64,000 nucleotides of DNA, from assembly GCF_009914755.1 (NCBI RefSeq), contig NC_060931.1; one strand, 5' to 3'. The notes under the pieces were generated by a model, which was not told the origin of the DNA, did no database searches, and saw only the letters and a program-made list of their open reading frames with translations. Within the stretch, counting starts at the first letter, position 1. The number at the start of each line of letters is the position of its first letter. Of this stretch, positions 12,755 through 27,298 are shown one piece after another. Made by a program: the position numbers and the translations under genes. This DNA is from the human T2T-CHM13v2.0 reference genome, Homo sapiens.

Positions 12755-13236
12755 GAACTAATTTCCTGTTGCTGCTACAACAACTAACTACAAATTTGGG
12801 CCTCAAAACAGCACACGTTTATCACCTTACAGTCCCAGAGGTCAGAAATCCAAAACAAGTCTCACTATGCTGAAATCAAGGTGTCACCAGGGCTGCACTC
12901 CTTCTGGAGGCTCTGGGCAAGAGTCCTTTGTCTCATCTCTGCCAGCTTCTGGAGGAAAGCCACCGTCACGCCCTGGCTCACGGCCCCTTTTTCCAGTCAG
13001 CAGTGTCAGGCTGCATCTTCCTCATGCGGCCATCTCCCATCCTTCTGAATCTCTTGTCCACTTCTACAGATCCCTGTGATTACATGGGACCCACCTAGAT
13101 TATACAAATATTTTCAGCATCTGTAAGTTAATCATGGGGGCAAAGTCCCTTTTAAAATGTAAAGTTAATGCATTCATAGGTACGGGAGATCAGAGTGTGG
13201 AAAATATTTGGAGGGGGTCAGTATTCTGCCTGCCGT
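12755..13236 (-). mobile_element. MLT1 (MLT1C/D-like) MaLR LTR
   Basis: GAGGTCAGAAATCCAAAACAAGTCTCACT.TGCTGAAATCAAGGTGTC..CAGGGCTGCACTCCTTCTGGAGGCTCT. Confidence 0.8.
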
Positions 13237-13689
13237 AGCCCCTATACCTGTGATACTCCCAGGGCTTGATCAAGGCAGATGCACAACCTCTCTGGACAAA
13301 CACATCCTCCGTAGAGGCCTGCAGGATTCACACACATGAAGATCAAGCAGCAAGCCCACAACCAACACCAACAAAGCCCGAGGAGGCGAGCCACGAGAGA
13401 GGTGCAGTAGCAGGCACAGACGGCAGACTCTCACCCTGCAGGAAGTGGGCATAGATGATCAGGAATGAGCATGAAGATATTAGAAAGATCAAAGACACAC
13501 ACAGAGAGAAAGAGAGAGAGAGTGAGAGACAGACACAGAGAGAGACAGAGAGAAAATGAATGAAGGAGAGGCAATATTTGAAAAGGAAATGGGTGAGAAT
13601 TTTCAGAAATTATGGAAAAATATACAGATTCATGATGCAAAACATATATTAAACTGAAAAATAAAAGTAAAATGTACAGGACACGTCTT

Positions 13690-14205
13690 CTACCCTGCCT
13701 CACATCTTCTTGGCTACTGTTTACTATAATAATTGCTGCAGCAACCATCTTTCTGCAGGGACAGCTGGCAGCATCATGCCTCAGCTGCAACTCATATACC
13801 TTGCTTTTTGTCCGGTACTTCTCTGATGTATATGGGAACCTGATAGGCACCCACACATGCACCAAACCTGAAAATTCAAGGAGGTAAGCATTTAATAGAA
13901 TAATCCTGACCACTGGGGAACAGAAACTGGTGGATAAATGCTCCCTCCCCTAGTGCATGCCCACACAGCCAATTCTGAAGCACATTCTAAAAAGCACTCA
14001 GAACGTCCCAGAGGGCTTGAGCCCCAAGTTTCCACAAAAGTGATTAGATCAATAACGTACCCTTGCATTGGGTCTCCCTACATCCTTATTCTATTTTTCC
14101 AATCTCATTTTTCCTCTCCCTGGCCTCTATTTCCCCAAAATAAACTACCTGCCTTCAAGACTGTGTGTCAGTTAGGCTCTGATTTCTGGGGGGAATCAGA
14201 ACTAA
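13690..14205 (+). mobile_element. LTR16-like ERVL LTR
   Basis: 3' end AAATAAACTACCTGC...CTGATTTCTGGGGGGAATCAGAACTAA resembles LTR16 terminus. Confidence 0.55.
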
Positions 14206-16077
14206 TTTTAAAAAGTGAATTTCCATATATGTTGGAGAATAACTGCAAAATACCAAATATAATAGAAAGTCTTAAAACTGTTCAGAGAGAAAGAAAGAAA
14301 CACCTAAAAAGAAATTATTGTAAGACTGATAGTAGACTTCTCAACAATAAGAGAATAAAAACAATAGAAAAATACTTGAAAAGGCTGAAAGAAAACAACT
14401 ATTAATCTAGAACTGTGTAACCAGAAAAACCATATTTTAAGAGCCAGAGTAAAATTTAAAAAAATTCTAGATAAATAGAAACTGGAAAGCTTACCATCAA
14501 TACATCTACATTAAAGAAATTTCTAAAGCATGTTCTTCAGGATGTAGAAAATAAACTTAGAAAGATGTTATCAGATACAAAAGAATGGCAGGAAAAGAAA
14601 TTGGCAAACATGTATAAATCTAAACAAGCAAAACTTCTAAGATGTAATAAAAATAATGTCTAATTTCAGAGTTAAAAAGTAAAACAAACTTAAATCTTGG
14701 GCAACAATAAATGTAAGGAAAAAAGAGTATTCAAAGTTAAAATGTTGCAAGTATCCCACAGCAGTGGGTAGAGACGTTGAGATATTAATTTTAGACTTAG
14801 TTCCATATACAACGTAACATTTTAAAATTCAGCCTCCAGAAAAAGAGAAATAGAATTTTAAACTTCCAAACACACTGAAGACCAAACAGAATTAAAATGA
14901 GGAAAAAAGAAACAGCAAAGCAGAATAAATGAAGAGCAAAAAACATGAAATGGGAGAAACAAATTCAAATATATCTGTGACCACAATAAATATAAATGAT
15001 CTAAACTCTCCCACTAAAATATAGAGGATGTCAGGCTGGCTTAAAAATAAGAATAAAATGAGTCTATCTCTATGTGGCTTGCAAAAGGCTTGCCTAAATC
15101 ATAAGAATGCAGAAGAGTTGAAACTAAAACAATTGAAAATTTTACCAAGCACATACTACCAGAATGTATATTTCTAAATGCTTACAATAAAAAAGAAGTA
15201 CAAGAAATTTGAAAGCAGAAATCAGCTAAATAGAAAACAAAGATAAAATAGAGAAGATAAGTAGAACAACAAAAAAGCAGGATCTTAGAAAAGACTGTTT
15301 AATAAAAGAGGTAAACCTCCATGAGATTGCCAAGAAAACAGACTCTAGTATATGATAGAACTGAACAGGGAGGCATGCCTACATGTAGGAAAGAGATTGA
15401 AATAATGAAATTACTAAAAATAACCTTATTCCAATGCATCTGAAAACAAGTAAAATGAACAAACTTCTAGAAAAATATAGCTAAACAAAAACAAGTTCAA
15501 GACGAAATTTTAAAAACCTTAATATTCCTATAATTAGAAAGAAATTAAAATAATGTTTCCAAATTTTAGACTCAAACTTTCTTGCAGACAAATTAAACAA
15601 ACTTTTCAGAAGCAGATTATTTCAAACTTATAAAACTTTTCCCAGAAAATAGAGAAAAAAAGGAAAATATTCCATAACTCTATAATTCATATGAAGCCAA
15701 TATAACTTTATAATAAAACTAGAGAGAACAGTATAAAAATGAAAAAATCTAAATTAATTTTTCTTTACAAATATACATAAAATAAATCATAACTAAAATT
15801 TATAAATAATTAAAATCATAGCTTAATCCAATAATATATAACAAAGATAATATATCATGAGCAAATTGCAAATGCCAGTACTTTCACATTAAAAAAAACT
15901 ATAAATACCATTCAAGACATTAAATACTTAAACAGCAAATATTTTATGACCACCAATAGATGCAGAACAAATTTTGATAATCCATCTCTATTCATGATTT
16001 TTTAAAAAAATTTCTGGCAAACTCAGAATAGAAAGAAACTTTTTTAGCCTGATGAAGAGTTATTTACAAAAAGGTTA

Positions 16078-16442
<365 letters not shown>

Positions 16443-16722
16443 GAAATCAATAACAAGATAGGGTATTCATTATCACAATCTCATTCAACCTTGCACTGTA
16501 GATCTTCCCCAGAGCAGTAATGGAAAACATAGAAATAAAGCCATAACAATTATAAAAAACAAAGCTCTCATTATTTGGATATAACTCTCTGCATATGAAA
16601 TCCAAAAGAATGCATGAAAAAATTATTAGAATAATGAGAGTGTTTACTAAGTAGCTGACCAGTAAATGCATTATATATGTCATCAACAATCAGAAAATGT
16701 ATGGCTTAAAAAATACCATGCC

Positions 16723-16850
16723 TATATATGTAACATATATGTTATATATGTTATACACATATGTATGTTATATGTACATATGTACGTTATATGTATATGT
16801 TACATATATATGCAGAGCCAGATGCATATACACTTAGCTATATACATACT
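16723..16850. repeat. TA/TG-rich low-complexity repeat
   Basis: TATATATGTAACATATATGTTATATATG... degenerate alternating purine/pyrimidine. Confidence 0.85.
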
Positions 16851-18212
16851 TATAATAAAAATAATAACAAAATTTTTAAGTCACCTAAGAAAAAGTCTAA
16901 CATAAATTGTGTTAGATCTCTATGAGAAAATTTACAAAAACTTAATTTAAAACATTAAGAAAGACATAAGTAATTATTGTATTTTGGATTAAAAAACTCA
17001 GTATTGTGAACATATTATTTCTCTCAAAATTAAAATATAGAGTGGAAGAAATTCCGATCACAATTCTCTAGAGCTTGTCCTGGAACTTGACTAGCTGCTT
17101 TATAGTTTTACATGGGAAAAAAAATGTGAGAATAAACCAATCAACATGCTCCTGAAGGAAGAGGATGAGAAAGAGAAAGGACAGGTGGAAAAGGGGTGAC
17201 TTGGCCATCAGATTTCAAGATTTTCTATAAGGTTTCTCTGGTAATTAAGACAGTGTGGTACAGGTGCAGGAACAGAAACATGGATCAGCAGAGCAGAATA
17301 GAGATCCCTGAAACAGACTAATGAATACACGAAAATATTATATATGATAGAGATGGAAGTATAGGCAATTAAGAAAAAAGGGACTATAGAATTAATGAAG
17401 CTGGGAGAAATGGTTGGAAAAAATCAATAAACTTTATCCCTACTTTACACAAAAACAATTTTGATATATTGAGAAACAAAACATGAAAGGCAAAATTTTA
17501 AGCTTTAAGATGTATATATCATAAAAAAATGAAAAAAAATGACGGGAAGTTGCTTGGCAGTTACAATGTGCATTGCTCCAGTGATGAATGCCTTATTGAA
17601 GGCCCTGACTCCACCACAATGAAATCTATCAGTGTAACAAAATTGCACTTGTACCCGTGGTTACATACACCTTTAAAAAAAAGTTGAAAGAGAAATACAT
17701 GTTTTACTAGATCTTACAAAAAAAGGAAAAGAAAAGAAAGAAATTCAAGAGACAAGCCACAATCTGGGAGAAGACATTTGTGACAATATCCCACAAATAA
17801 TTCACAAATTGAATATATGAATAACTTTATAAATCTACAAGAAAAAGACCAAAAAAATAGAAAAATGGGCAAAAGACATGAATAGATGGAAGACTAATGG
17901 GAAAAAGGAAACGAAAGGAAGCAAGCAAGGAAGGAAGCAAGGAAGAAAGGAAGGAAGGAAGAAGAAAAGAAACGTTTCTCAACTTCATTAGTAATTAAAG
18001 ATGTTTTATTTTATTTTCAAAATAAGGACACAATAAGACATTGTTGTCAAAATAAGAAAATAATGATAACATTCTATACCTACTCAAAATTGGTAAAAAT
18101 TTAAAAGTCCAATATACCATGTGTTAGAAAGAATGTTGATTCAACAAGAATTTATACGTTTCCAATGGGTACGTAAATTGGTACAATCATTTTTTGAGGA
18201 ATAACTGGTATT

Positions 18213-19603
18213 AATCAAAAAAGCATGGTACTAGTATGAAATGACACAGAGATCAATGGAACAGAATAGGGAACCCAGAAATAAAACCACATATTTACAG
18301 CCAACTGATTCTGACAAAGTTGACAAGAACATACACTGGGGAGACACACCTTTTCAGTAAGTGGTACTAGGGAAATTGGATTGCTTTATGCAAAAGAATG
18401 AAGCTGGATCTCTAACTCTCCATATACAAAAACCAAGTCAAGAGTGATTAAAGACTTAAATGTAAGACTGGAATCTAAAAATAGTATTAGAAAACCTAGG
18501 GAAAACTCTTCCGGACATGGGCCTAGGTAAAGAATTCATGACAAAAATCTCAAAAGCACAGGCAACAAAAACCAAAAAATACACAAGTAGGACTTAATTG
18601 AACTAAAAACTTCTACACAGCAAAAGAAATAACCAACAAAGTGAACAGACAATCTGCAGAATGGGAGAAAATATTTGCAAACTATGCATCCAACAGGGGA
18701 CTTCCTTGGGAAATTCCAAGGGAATTTCAACTCGACAACAAACAACTCAGCAACAAAAAGTCAATCCCCTTAAAAAGTGGGCAAAGGACATGAATAGACA
18801 TTTTTCAAAAGAAGATGTACAAATGGACAAAAAGCATATGAAAAACTGCTCAACATCACTAATTCTCACACAGGTACAAATTAAAACCACGATGAGATAT
18901 AATTTTACACCAGTCAGAATGGCTATTATCAGAAAGACAAAAAATAGCAAATGTTGGCAAAGAATGCAGAGAAAAGGGAGTGCTCATACACTATTGGTGG
19001 GAATGTAAATTAATACAATCTACGAAAAACAGTATGAAGATTTCTCAAAAAGCTAAAAATGAAACTACCATTTGACCCAGCAATCCCTCTACTTAGTATC
19101 TACTCAAAGAAAAGAAATCATTATATCAAAATGATACCTGCACTCATAGTTTATTGCAGCACTATTCACAATGGCAAAGATATAGAATCAATGTAAGTGT
19201 CCATTAACAGGTGATTGGATAAGGAAAATGTGGTACATATATACAATATTATTCAGCCATATTAAGAATATTATTCAGCCATAAAAAGAATGAAATCGTG
19301 TCTTTACAGGGATGGAACTGGACCCCATTATCTTAAGTGAAACAACTTAGACACAAAGACAAATACCTCATGTTCTCACTTATAAGTGGGAGCTAAACAT
19401 GTGTACACATGAACATACAGGGTAGACAGTGGAGACACGGGAGGGTGAGTGTGCAGGAGAAGAGTGGATGATGGGCAATTACTTCATGGGTACAATGTTC
19501 ATTATTCAGGTGATGGATACAGTAAAAGCCCTGGCTTCACCATTACTCAATCTATCCATGTAACAAAATTACACTTGTACCCCATAAATTTATACAAAAA
19601 AAA
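18213..19603 (+). mobile_element. 5'-truncated L1PB (L1PB4-like) inserted in older L1
   Basis: ORF 18661-19008 resembles ORF2p ([15 protein letters not shown]...[15 protein letters not shown]); 3' end TATCCATGTAACAAAATTACACTTGTACCCCATAAATTTATAC + A-tail. Confidence 0.88.
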
Positions 19604-20545
19604 ATTTTTTTAATCCAAACATTCACGTACCCTATAATACAACAATTCAATTCTTAGGGGTATACCTAGAGAAACATTTGGGCATGTTTCTCAGGGGACA
19701 GGTACCAGCATGTTTATACAGTACAACACAAATGTCCTTAGACAGAAGAATAGTTAAATAAATATCAGTGTATTTGTATAATTAATATTATGTATCAGTG
19801 AAAATGAATAAACTATAGGTACAGGAATTGATATTGATGAGTCTTAAAAATACAAAGTTGAAAAAATCAATTTTCAAAAGATTACATACAGTATGTACTA
19901 TAACATTTATATAAAGCTCAGTAAACAACTATATATATATAAAATCCCTAATATGTATGTGTATCACTAATATTTATCTCCCTAAAAATATCCCATATGC
20001 ACATAGGGATATACCAACCTTCCAAATAACACTTCTTAACTTCTTTCATTTTCTCAGTTAGATTCCTTGGTCTGTCATGTCACTGGCACTCCTGTTAGTA
20101 CCTTAAACGGTCTTTCATTATATTCTACCCACCTGGAAAAATCCCTTTGCTCAGGCAACAAGTATAGAGAAGGTTCAATAAAAATTCAGAGGTTCCTACA
20201 TAAACTCTGACTGAGCAGTCTTCACAGGCCCTCAGTCGTTCTGGCTCCTCCAATCTCACTCTTACTGCTTCAAATCTGTTTCGCTGTTACCCAGCTAACA
20301 ACGCCACCCTCATCCTCAGCACTTACAACAAATGCTTACACTTTTTACTTTAAAAATAAAACACACCTTTGTCACCTGGACAAGAAACTGATAAAACTAA
20401 CCTGTGTAGTCACACTTCCTTCCTATTACAAAAGACACTGCCAATTCTCCAATCTCTTCACCTAGGCTTTGGAGCTTCTCCACCCCACTGATTAGTATAG
20501 AAGCTTTTGTTGCGTTTGTGTAGTAAGTTTTTCCCTCTCAGTAAT

Positions 20546-20705
20546 GCAGAACCAGGTGCATAATTTGTGGGTCCCAGTGCAAAATGAAAATGCAGAACAG
20601 CTGGCTCAGAAGTGATAAAGAATTTCAAGCTGGCAGCAGCAGAGCCTTAACCCGAGGGCAGGGCCTTGTGAGTCCAGGACCACTGCAAGTCAGCTTTATG
20701 GCAGG
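20546..20705 (+). mobile_element. MER91A-like hAT-Tip100 fossil
   Basis: CATAATTTGTGGGTCCCAGTGCAAAATGAAAATGC...AAGAATTTCAAG...CAGCAGAGC matches recalled MER91A. Confidence 0.65.
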
Positions 20706-21903
20706 ATCCTTCCCATCAGCTCAGAGAGGATACATTCAAAAACAGCAAATCCACCTCTATCTCTGTTCCTGTCCTGCTATGAAAGAACCTCTCCTCCCCC
20801 TTAGAAACGTACCTAGCGTTGTCTCTATTTGTTGTCTCTCACACCTGCCCATACCTCAATGCATTCCAAGCCGCCTTCACCCCAGTGGCTTCATGGAGAG
20901 CATTATGTCCCAGGACCGCCAAGGGCTGTGGGGTTGCCAAGTCAAACAGTTGTTTTTCAGTTCTCTCCCCGTTCTGAAAACACTTTTCTTAGCTTCCATG
21001 AGCCACACTGTCTTGTTGTTACCTCTGCAAGAGATTCTGTGTCTTCTTTGCAGAATCATCCTCCTCACCTAGACAGTCAGTGAACACTAGAATAACTTAA
21101 ACAAACCAGCCTTTCCCTCTTGCAAATATACCTTCTTCCCTTGGTGTTCTCATTGGAGTCCACATCTTTAGTTTAACTTCTTTATGGTGTATACGTGATG
21201 GTATAGGATTGGCATATTTTTATGTAGCTAAAACTGCCATTTCTCTCCCTTTGTAGTAGATTTATTGACCTATTTAGGAAGGCTTTCTCCCCCAAATCCT
21301 AGGAACAACCTATTTATTTCTTACCACTTTTATGTTTTTTAATTTTTTTAAAAAAAATTTTGAATTCTATTCCAGCAGAATTTATTTTATATGTGGCGTC
21401 TACATTTTAAACCAATTATTTTAGTTTCCAACATCATCTGCCTAGTAATTTGAAATCTCACTTTATCATTTTTTGGAATAAACAAACATTATTTTTATGA
21501 TCAGAGAAAGTGACAAGTTTTAAATAAGAAAATAATATTGTATATAATGAAATCTGTTTTTTCTTCACAATTTATCAGAGTAATAAATGATCAAAACTAA
21601 TTCTTTATCACATTTTCTGATAGTTTTCCAATCATTTCATTTTCTATTCAAATCTTAAATAAATTATAATTTTTAAATTTTTTTTTCTCACTTCAGAATA
21701 TAAGCTCTGTGACAGCAGGGATTTTGTATCTATTGTTCAATGCCTTATCCCTACCCTACAGCTTAAAACAGACTAGCAGGAAGTGTTTAATACACATTTG
21801 TTATTAATAGCTAGATAAGTAATTGAATGAATGATTTGCTAGCCAGTTTCTCTAATCTTGTACCTATTTATTTTTTCAAGGTGTTTTAAATTACCTTGAA
21901 TAA

Positions 21904-22216
<313 letters not shown>

Positions 22217-23288
22217 CGAATAATCAGTTATTATACTCTAATATGTCATTGGTCTATAATTATAATTACAAACCCTATTGGTTCCATTGATTTAATTGTC
22301 TAGGGGCATGCCAGTATGACTGCATTCCAATTACTGTGCCGGTATGTTACCTTTGTATATGTTTTGGCTACAATATCTGAACTTCCCAGAATAGTTTCCG
22401 ACAGTCTTATATTTGAATAAATAGGATAATCATTTAGTTTTGTTAAACAAACATTATTTTGTGACTTCCAGTTGACTCAAACACTATTTACTAATTTACA
22501 AAAGCTTGTTTTTTAGCCTATCCATGTACATAGTTTGCATTCGGGGATCCAGGGTGTGTGTCAGGGAGGAAGCAACATAGGCCTATCCCCAGGAGGCCTC
22601 TCCCCCCAGGACGCCCTCGGGCGCCGTGGAAGAGAACCGGAGATGCTATGAAGGCAGGGCCACCCCATTGGCCAGGAAGAGAGAGGCAAGCGATATCCAC
22701 GGGCAGAGGGAGCGCAGACATGGGCGGAAGAGCAGCGGCTTCCAAAGGCTGCAAGCAGGAAGGAACAGGCACCAAAAAGAGGGGCTGAGAAAAGGAGCCC
22801 GCAGAGGCGGTGCTGGGACCCCGTGCTTAGACAGGAAGAGAGAGGCATAAGGAGGAAGGACCCAGGAAAAATGGAGGAGTACTTTATTTCCTTGTATTTC
22901 CTGATCAGAAATTTGACGTTCAGCGTAAGAAAATTAGAAAGCAAAAATTTATGAAAATGAAAATAACATTCACCCATCATGTGAGAAATGAGGACTAATA
23001 ACTTTTACTTTTAATGTTTTACTTTGTAGCCAAAAAAGCTAAATATTTTTATAGTTTCACATATATGTTTTCCCCTTCCCCATCCATTTCCTGGACCTAA
23101 TACTTTCATCTTTTTTTCCCACCTTTTTTGATCATATTTTAAATCTTTCTTTCAAACAGATAATAGCTGGATTTTATTTTTTAGTTGAATCTGGTATGCG
23201 GTCATTTCTACGCTCACGGGGAGGACCCACAACCAAGACCCCTCGCCAGGTTGTTTCCAGGCCTTGGGTCCTTGCTGGCTCTCAGTGG

Positions 23289-23831
23289 TGAGAGACTGAG
23301 TACACAAATGGACAATGGCCAGAGCATCTATAAGAGTAGAACTCCCACCCACCCCCTGCAGCAGCCAGCCCAGGAGGCCAAGCCTTCATCTACAGGAACC
23401 AGCCAGGGAGGCCAGCCTGCTCCATGCCAGGCTTGTAGGAATTCAGATTGCTGTCTCTAGAAATAACATGGGAAATTAAACATTGCAGTCTGTAATAATC
23501 AGACCCAAACAGCCAGGACTTGATTAATAACTCACAGTTTCCTAGATTTCATCCCTGCTTCCAATCTAGGGCCAACCAGAGAAAGCCCAGTATGTCCCCT
23601 AGCCAGTCCCATGGGATGCCCACTTCTCACCAGCCGCCCCCGGCTTCCTCAGGCCCACAGCCCCTGCCAGGGCACCCGAAGCCTCCCCTTTTCCACGGTG
23701 AAGCTTCCCCACTCCTTGCCTGCCTGAGTCTGTCAGGATGCAACTGATGGCCATGGACCCCCTTGCTATAGCAGCTCTGAATAAACAGCCTTTGCCTGTT
23801 CTTATTTGGGTGGTCTTCATTTATTTCCACA
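23289..23831 (+). mobile_element. ERV1-class solo LTR (MER67/MER31-like)
   Basis: TG...CA termini, 4-bp TSD GTGG (23285-88 and 23832-35), AATAAA ~45 bp before the 3' end. Confidence 0.8.
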
Positions 23832-23879
23832 GTGGGAGACATCAGTTCCTTGACACGTGACCCTCTCCACAGGGCAGCT

Positions 23880-24090
23880 CAGGACATGGCAGCCAGCTCC
23901 CCTCAGCGCAGAGACAGCAGCCCAAGGCTGAAACTGCAGTGTTCATGTCGCTAACCTCAGCAGTGACAGCCATCACTTCCGCTGTGTCCCATTCTTAGAA
24001 ACCAGTCATTGGCCCAGCCCACACGAAGGGGAGGGGATTGCACGCATGTGCGCTGGCCAGGAGGTGGGGATGACCTCCACCCACCCCACC
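23880..24090 (-). mobile_element. MLT1 MaLR LTR fragment
   Basis: CCATCACTTCCGCTGTGT..ATT...GGCCCAGCCCACAC.AAGGGGAGGGGA motif. Confidence 0.55.
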
Positions 24091-24699
24091 TAGCGTAGTG
24101 ACGAATGCACTTGATGTTATCCAATCATAACATGTATGTTATTTACGGCTTATTTTATACCGTTGTCTCTTCCTTTTGTTTTTGACTTTTTTTGATGTTT
24201 GTCATATGATTTTCCACATGATTATTTTGAATGTCCTCTGTATATTTCCGTTTCATTAATTGTAATTTTCCTTTTCTCTGCTCTCAGAGACAGATGCATT
24301 TGATGAGACTATTTTTTAAAACAAGGGACCTACTATTTTCCCTCCATGAAATTCGTTGTATCATTACGACGAGACTGTCTGATCATACAATAAGAGGTTG
24401 CCTCTAAAACAGATCCACCGCTTAAGTCTTTCATCCCATTGTGATCTTTAAAACTTGTTCACACACCGCTCTCTCTGTGCTGCCCTAGGCAACTCCAATA
24501 CCTTGCTAATATGTTGGTCATTTGTTAGGATTCCCTTCACATGTGTCTCGGTTTCAAGAGTCCTCATTTCCTACTCCTAAGATGTTTAGTCTTGTCAATT
24601 TTCATACACGGACAGACAGAGGTCTGTTTTCCACTGCTATTTCCTCTTCTGTTTCCAAACTCCCATGTTAAAATCTGTCCTCTTGGTTTGTTTTTACAT

Positions 24700-25290
24700 T
24701 TTTTTTTTCACTTTTTACTGAACAGCAAAGTGCACACATCAAAAATGAACAACTTGATGATTAAATGTAAACCTACTTACGTAACTTTCACATGCCAGGA
24801 ACTAAAACACAGCCAGCACCCAGCAGCTCCGTGCCCCCTGCCTCAACCCAAGGTAGCACCATGCCGACTTCTGATGCCAGGGGTCCATTCTGCCTGGCTT
24901 CAAACTTTCTGTCAAAAGAATAATGCATCATTCACTAATCTGAGCCTGACCTCTTTCACTGAAAATTACGTTTGTGGATTGATCCATGTAGCTTTAGTTA
25001 ATTCTTTTTAATTAATAGATAGCTTTTACTCATATGAATTACCATTTACTCATCCATTCTACTCATGGTGGACATTTTGGTTGTTTCTAATTTGCAACAA
25101 TTACAAACAATGCAGCTATAATCCTTTGTATGTGTCTTTTGGCACATGTGGGCTTGAATTTGTTAATTCTATATCTAGAAGTTAAATTACCGGTTTACAG
25201 GAAATAAATTTTTAATTTTAACAAATAGTTTCCATTTCCAATACTTGTACCTCTTTGATTCCCAGCAGCAATGTCTAAAGTTTCCCTGTT
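24700..25290 (-). mobile_element. Old L1 (L1ME/MD) 3' fragment
   Basis: CATCCATTCTACT...TGGACATTT.GGTTGTTTC...CCCAGCAGCAATGT antisense L1 motifs. Confidence 0.65.
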
Positions 25291-25679
25291 CATTTGTTTT
25301 TTTTTCTCTTTTAACTCAGCATTTGTTACGTTTAATAAAGACTTACTTGAACATTGACAACTAAAACAAAAGAATTTCAGGATTCTAAACTTTACAATTA
25401 TTTACCAAGACTTTATCAGCATCTGCAGAAAATTAGAGCCCTGATGTCCTACCCACGTTCTCAGTCCCACGTTGAACACTAAGAACAGGGTCAATCAGAA
25501 AACTTACAGAACGAGATGCTATTGTGGCCATAGAATGCTTGCCACCTAGAAAGTCATTTTCTTCTTCTTACCTATAAAATTCCAATAGTAATTGTAACAG
25601 CTAAAATCTGGCAGACCCTAGAAACTTAATGAAGATAGCTATATTCTTTATAGCTATATTGTTTATTCATTGCTGCTGT

Positions 25680-27298
25680 TTTAATTTTATTTTTATTGAG
25701 GTAAAATATATATGTAAAATTTACCATCTCTACTATTTTTAAATGTTTTATTTTTAATTTTATGGGTACATAGTAGGTGTATATATTCATGGGGTACATG
25801 CGACATTTTGACACAGGCATACAATGTGCAATAATCACATCAAGGTAAATGGGGTATCCATCACCACAAGCATTTCTCATGTCGTTGTGTTACAAACAAG
25901 CCAATTATACTCTTTTAGTCATTTAAAAATGTACAATAAATTATTGTTGACTGTAGTCACCCCATTATGGTATCAAATACTAGATCTTATTTAATTCCCT
26001 CTAACTACATATTTTTACCCATTAACCATCCCCACTTCTCTAACTTCCCTGCTACCCTTCCTAGCCTCTGGTAACCATCCTTCTATTCTCTATCTCTGTG
26101 ACGTCAATTGTTTTCATTTTTAGCTCCCACAAATGAGTGTGAACATGTGAAGTTTGTCTTTCTGCACCTGGCTTATTTCATGTAACATAATGACCTCCAG
26201 TTCTATCCATGTTGATGCAAATGACAGGATCTCATTCTTTTTTATGGCTGAATAGTACCCCACTGTGTATATGTACCACATTTTCTTTATCCCTACCTCT
26301 GTCGACGGACATTTAGGTTGCTTCAAAATCTTGGCCATGGTGAACAGTGCTGCAATAAACATAGTAGTGCAGATATCTTTTTGATGCACTGATTTCCTTT
26401 CTATTGGGTATATACCCAGCAGTGGGATTGCTGGGTCATATGGCAGTTCTATTTTTAGTTCTTTGAGGAACCTCCAAACTGTTCCCTGTAGTGGTTGCAC
26501 TAATTTACATTCCCACCAACAGCACACAAGGGTTCCCTTTTCCCCGCATCCTCACCAGCATTTGTTATTGCCTGTCTTTTGGATAAAAGCCATTTTAACT
26601 GGAGTGAGATGATATTTTATTGTAGTTTTGATTTGCATTTCTCTGATCAGTGATGTTGGGCAACTTTTCATATGCCTGTTTGCCATTTGTAGGTGTTCTT
26701 TTGAGAAATGTCTATTCAGATCTTTTGCCCATTTTTTCATCTGATTATTAGACTTTTTCCTATAGAGTTGTTGGAACTCCTTATATATTCTGGTTATTAA
26801 TCCCTTGTCAGATGGGTAGTTTGCAAATATTTTCTCCCATTCTGTGGGTTGTCCCTTCACTTTATTGACTGTCTCCCCTGCTGTGCAGAAGCTTTTTTAA
26901 CTCAATGGGATCCCCTCTTTACCATTTTCAAGAGTACAGTTGAGTGGTAATAACTATGTTCAGATTCTTTTTTCTCTCTCTCATCTCTCCCTCCCCATGT
27001 ACCCTTCCCAGACTCTGATAACCACCAATCTACTCTCTATCTTCAGGTGATCCAGTTTTTTATCTGCATATATGAGTAAGAACATGTGATATTTGTTTTT
27101 CTGTGCCTGATTTATTTCACTTAACATCCAGTTACCGCAAATGATAGGATCCATATTGCTGCACATGACAGGATTTCATTCGTTTTCATGGCTGAATAAT
27201 ATTCCATTGTGTGTATACCACATTTGTTTTATCCTTTCATCCGTTCATGGACACTTAGATTGATTCCATATTCTTGCTGTTGTGAATAGTGCTGCAAC
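25680..27298 (-). mobile_element. Nested L1MA elements (L1MA2/3-like 25745-26900 within an older L1MA/MB)
   Basis: Minus-strand ORFs 26120-26527 and 26552-26860 give L1 ORF2p C-terminus ([15 protein letters not shown]; [18 protein letters not shown]); second 3'UTR copy 26915-27298. Confidence 0.88.

Noticed and set aside
19245-19283. 17-bp tandem duplication AATATTATTCAGCCATA (similar micro-duplications at 30926-30949 and ~53643-53690)
   Set aside because: Ordinary slippage events with no sign of function
26120-26860. Two ORFs of 135 and 102 aa
   Set aside because: Frameshifted L1MA ORF2 remnants
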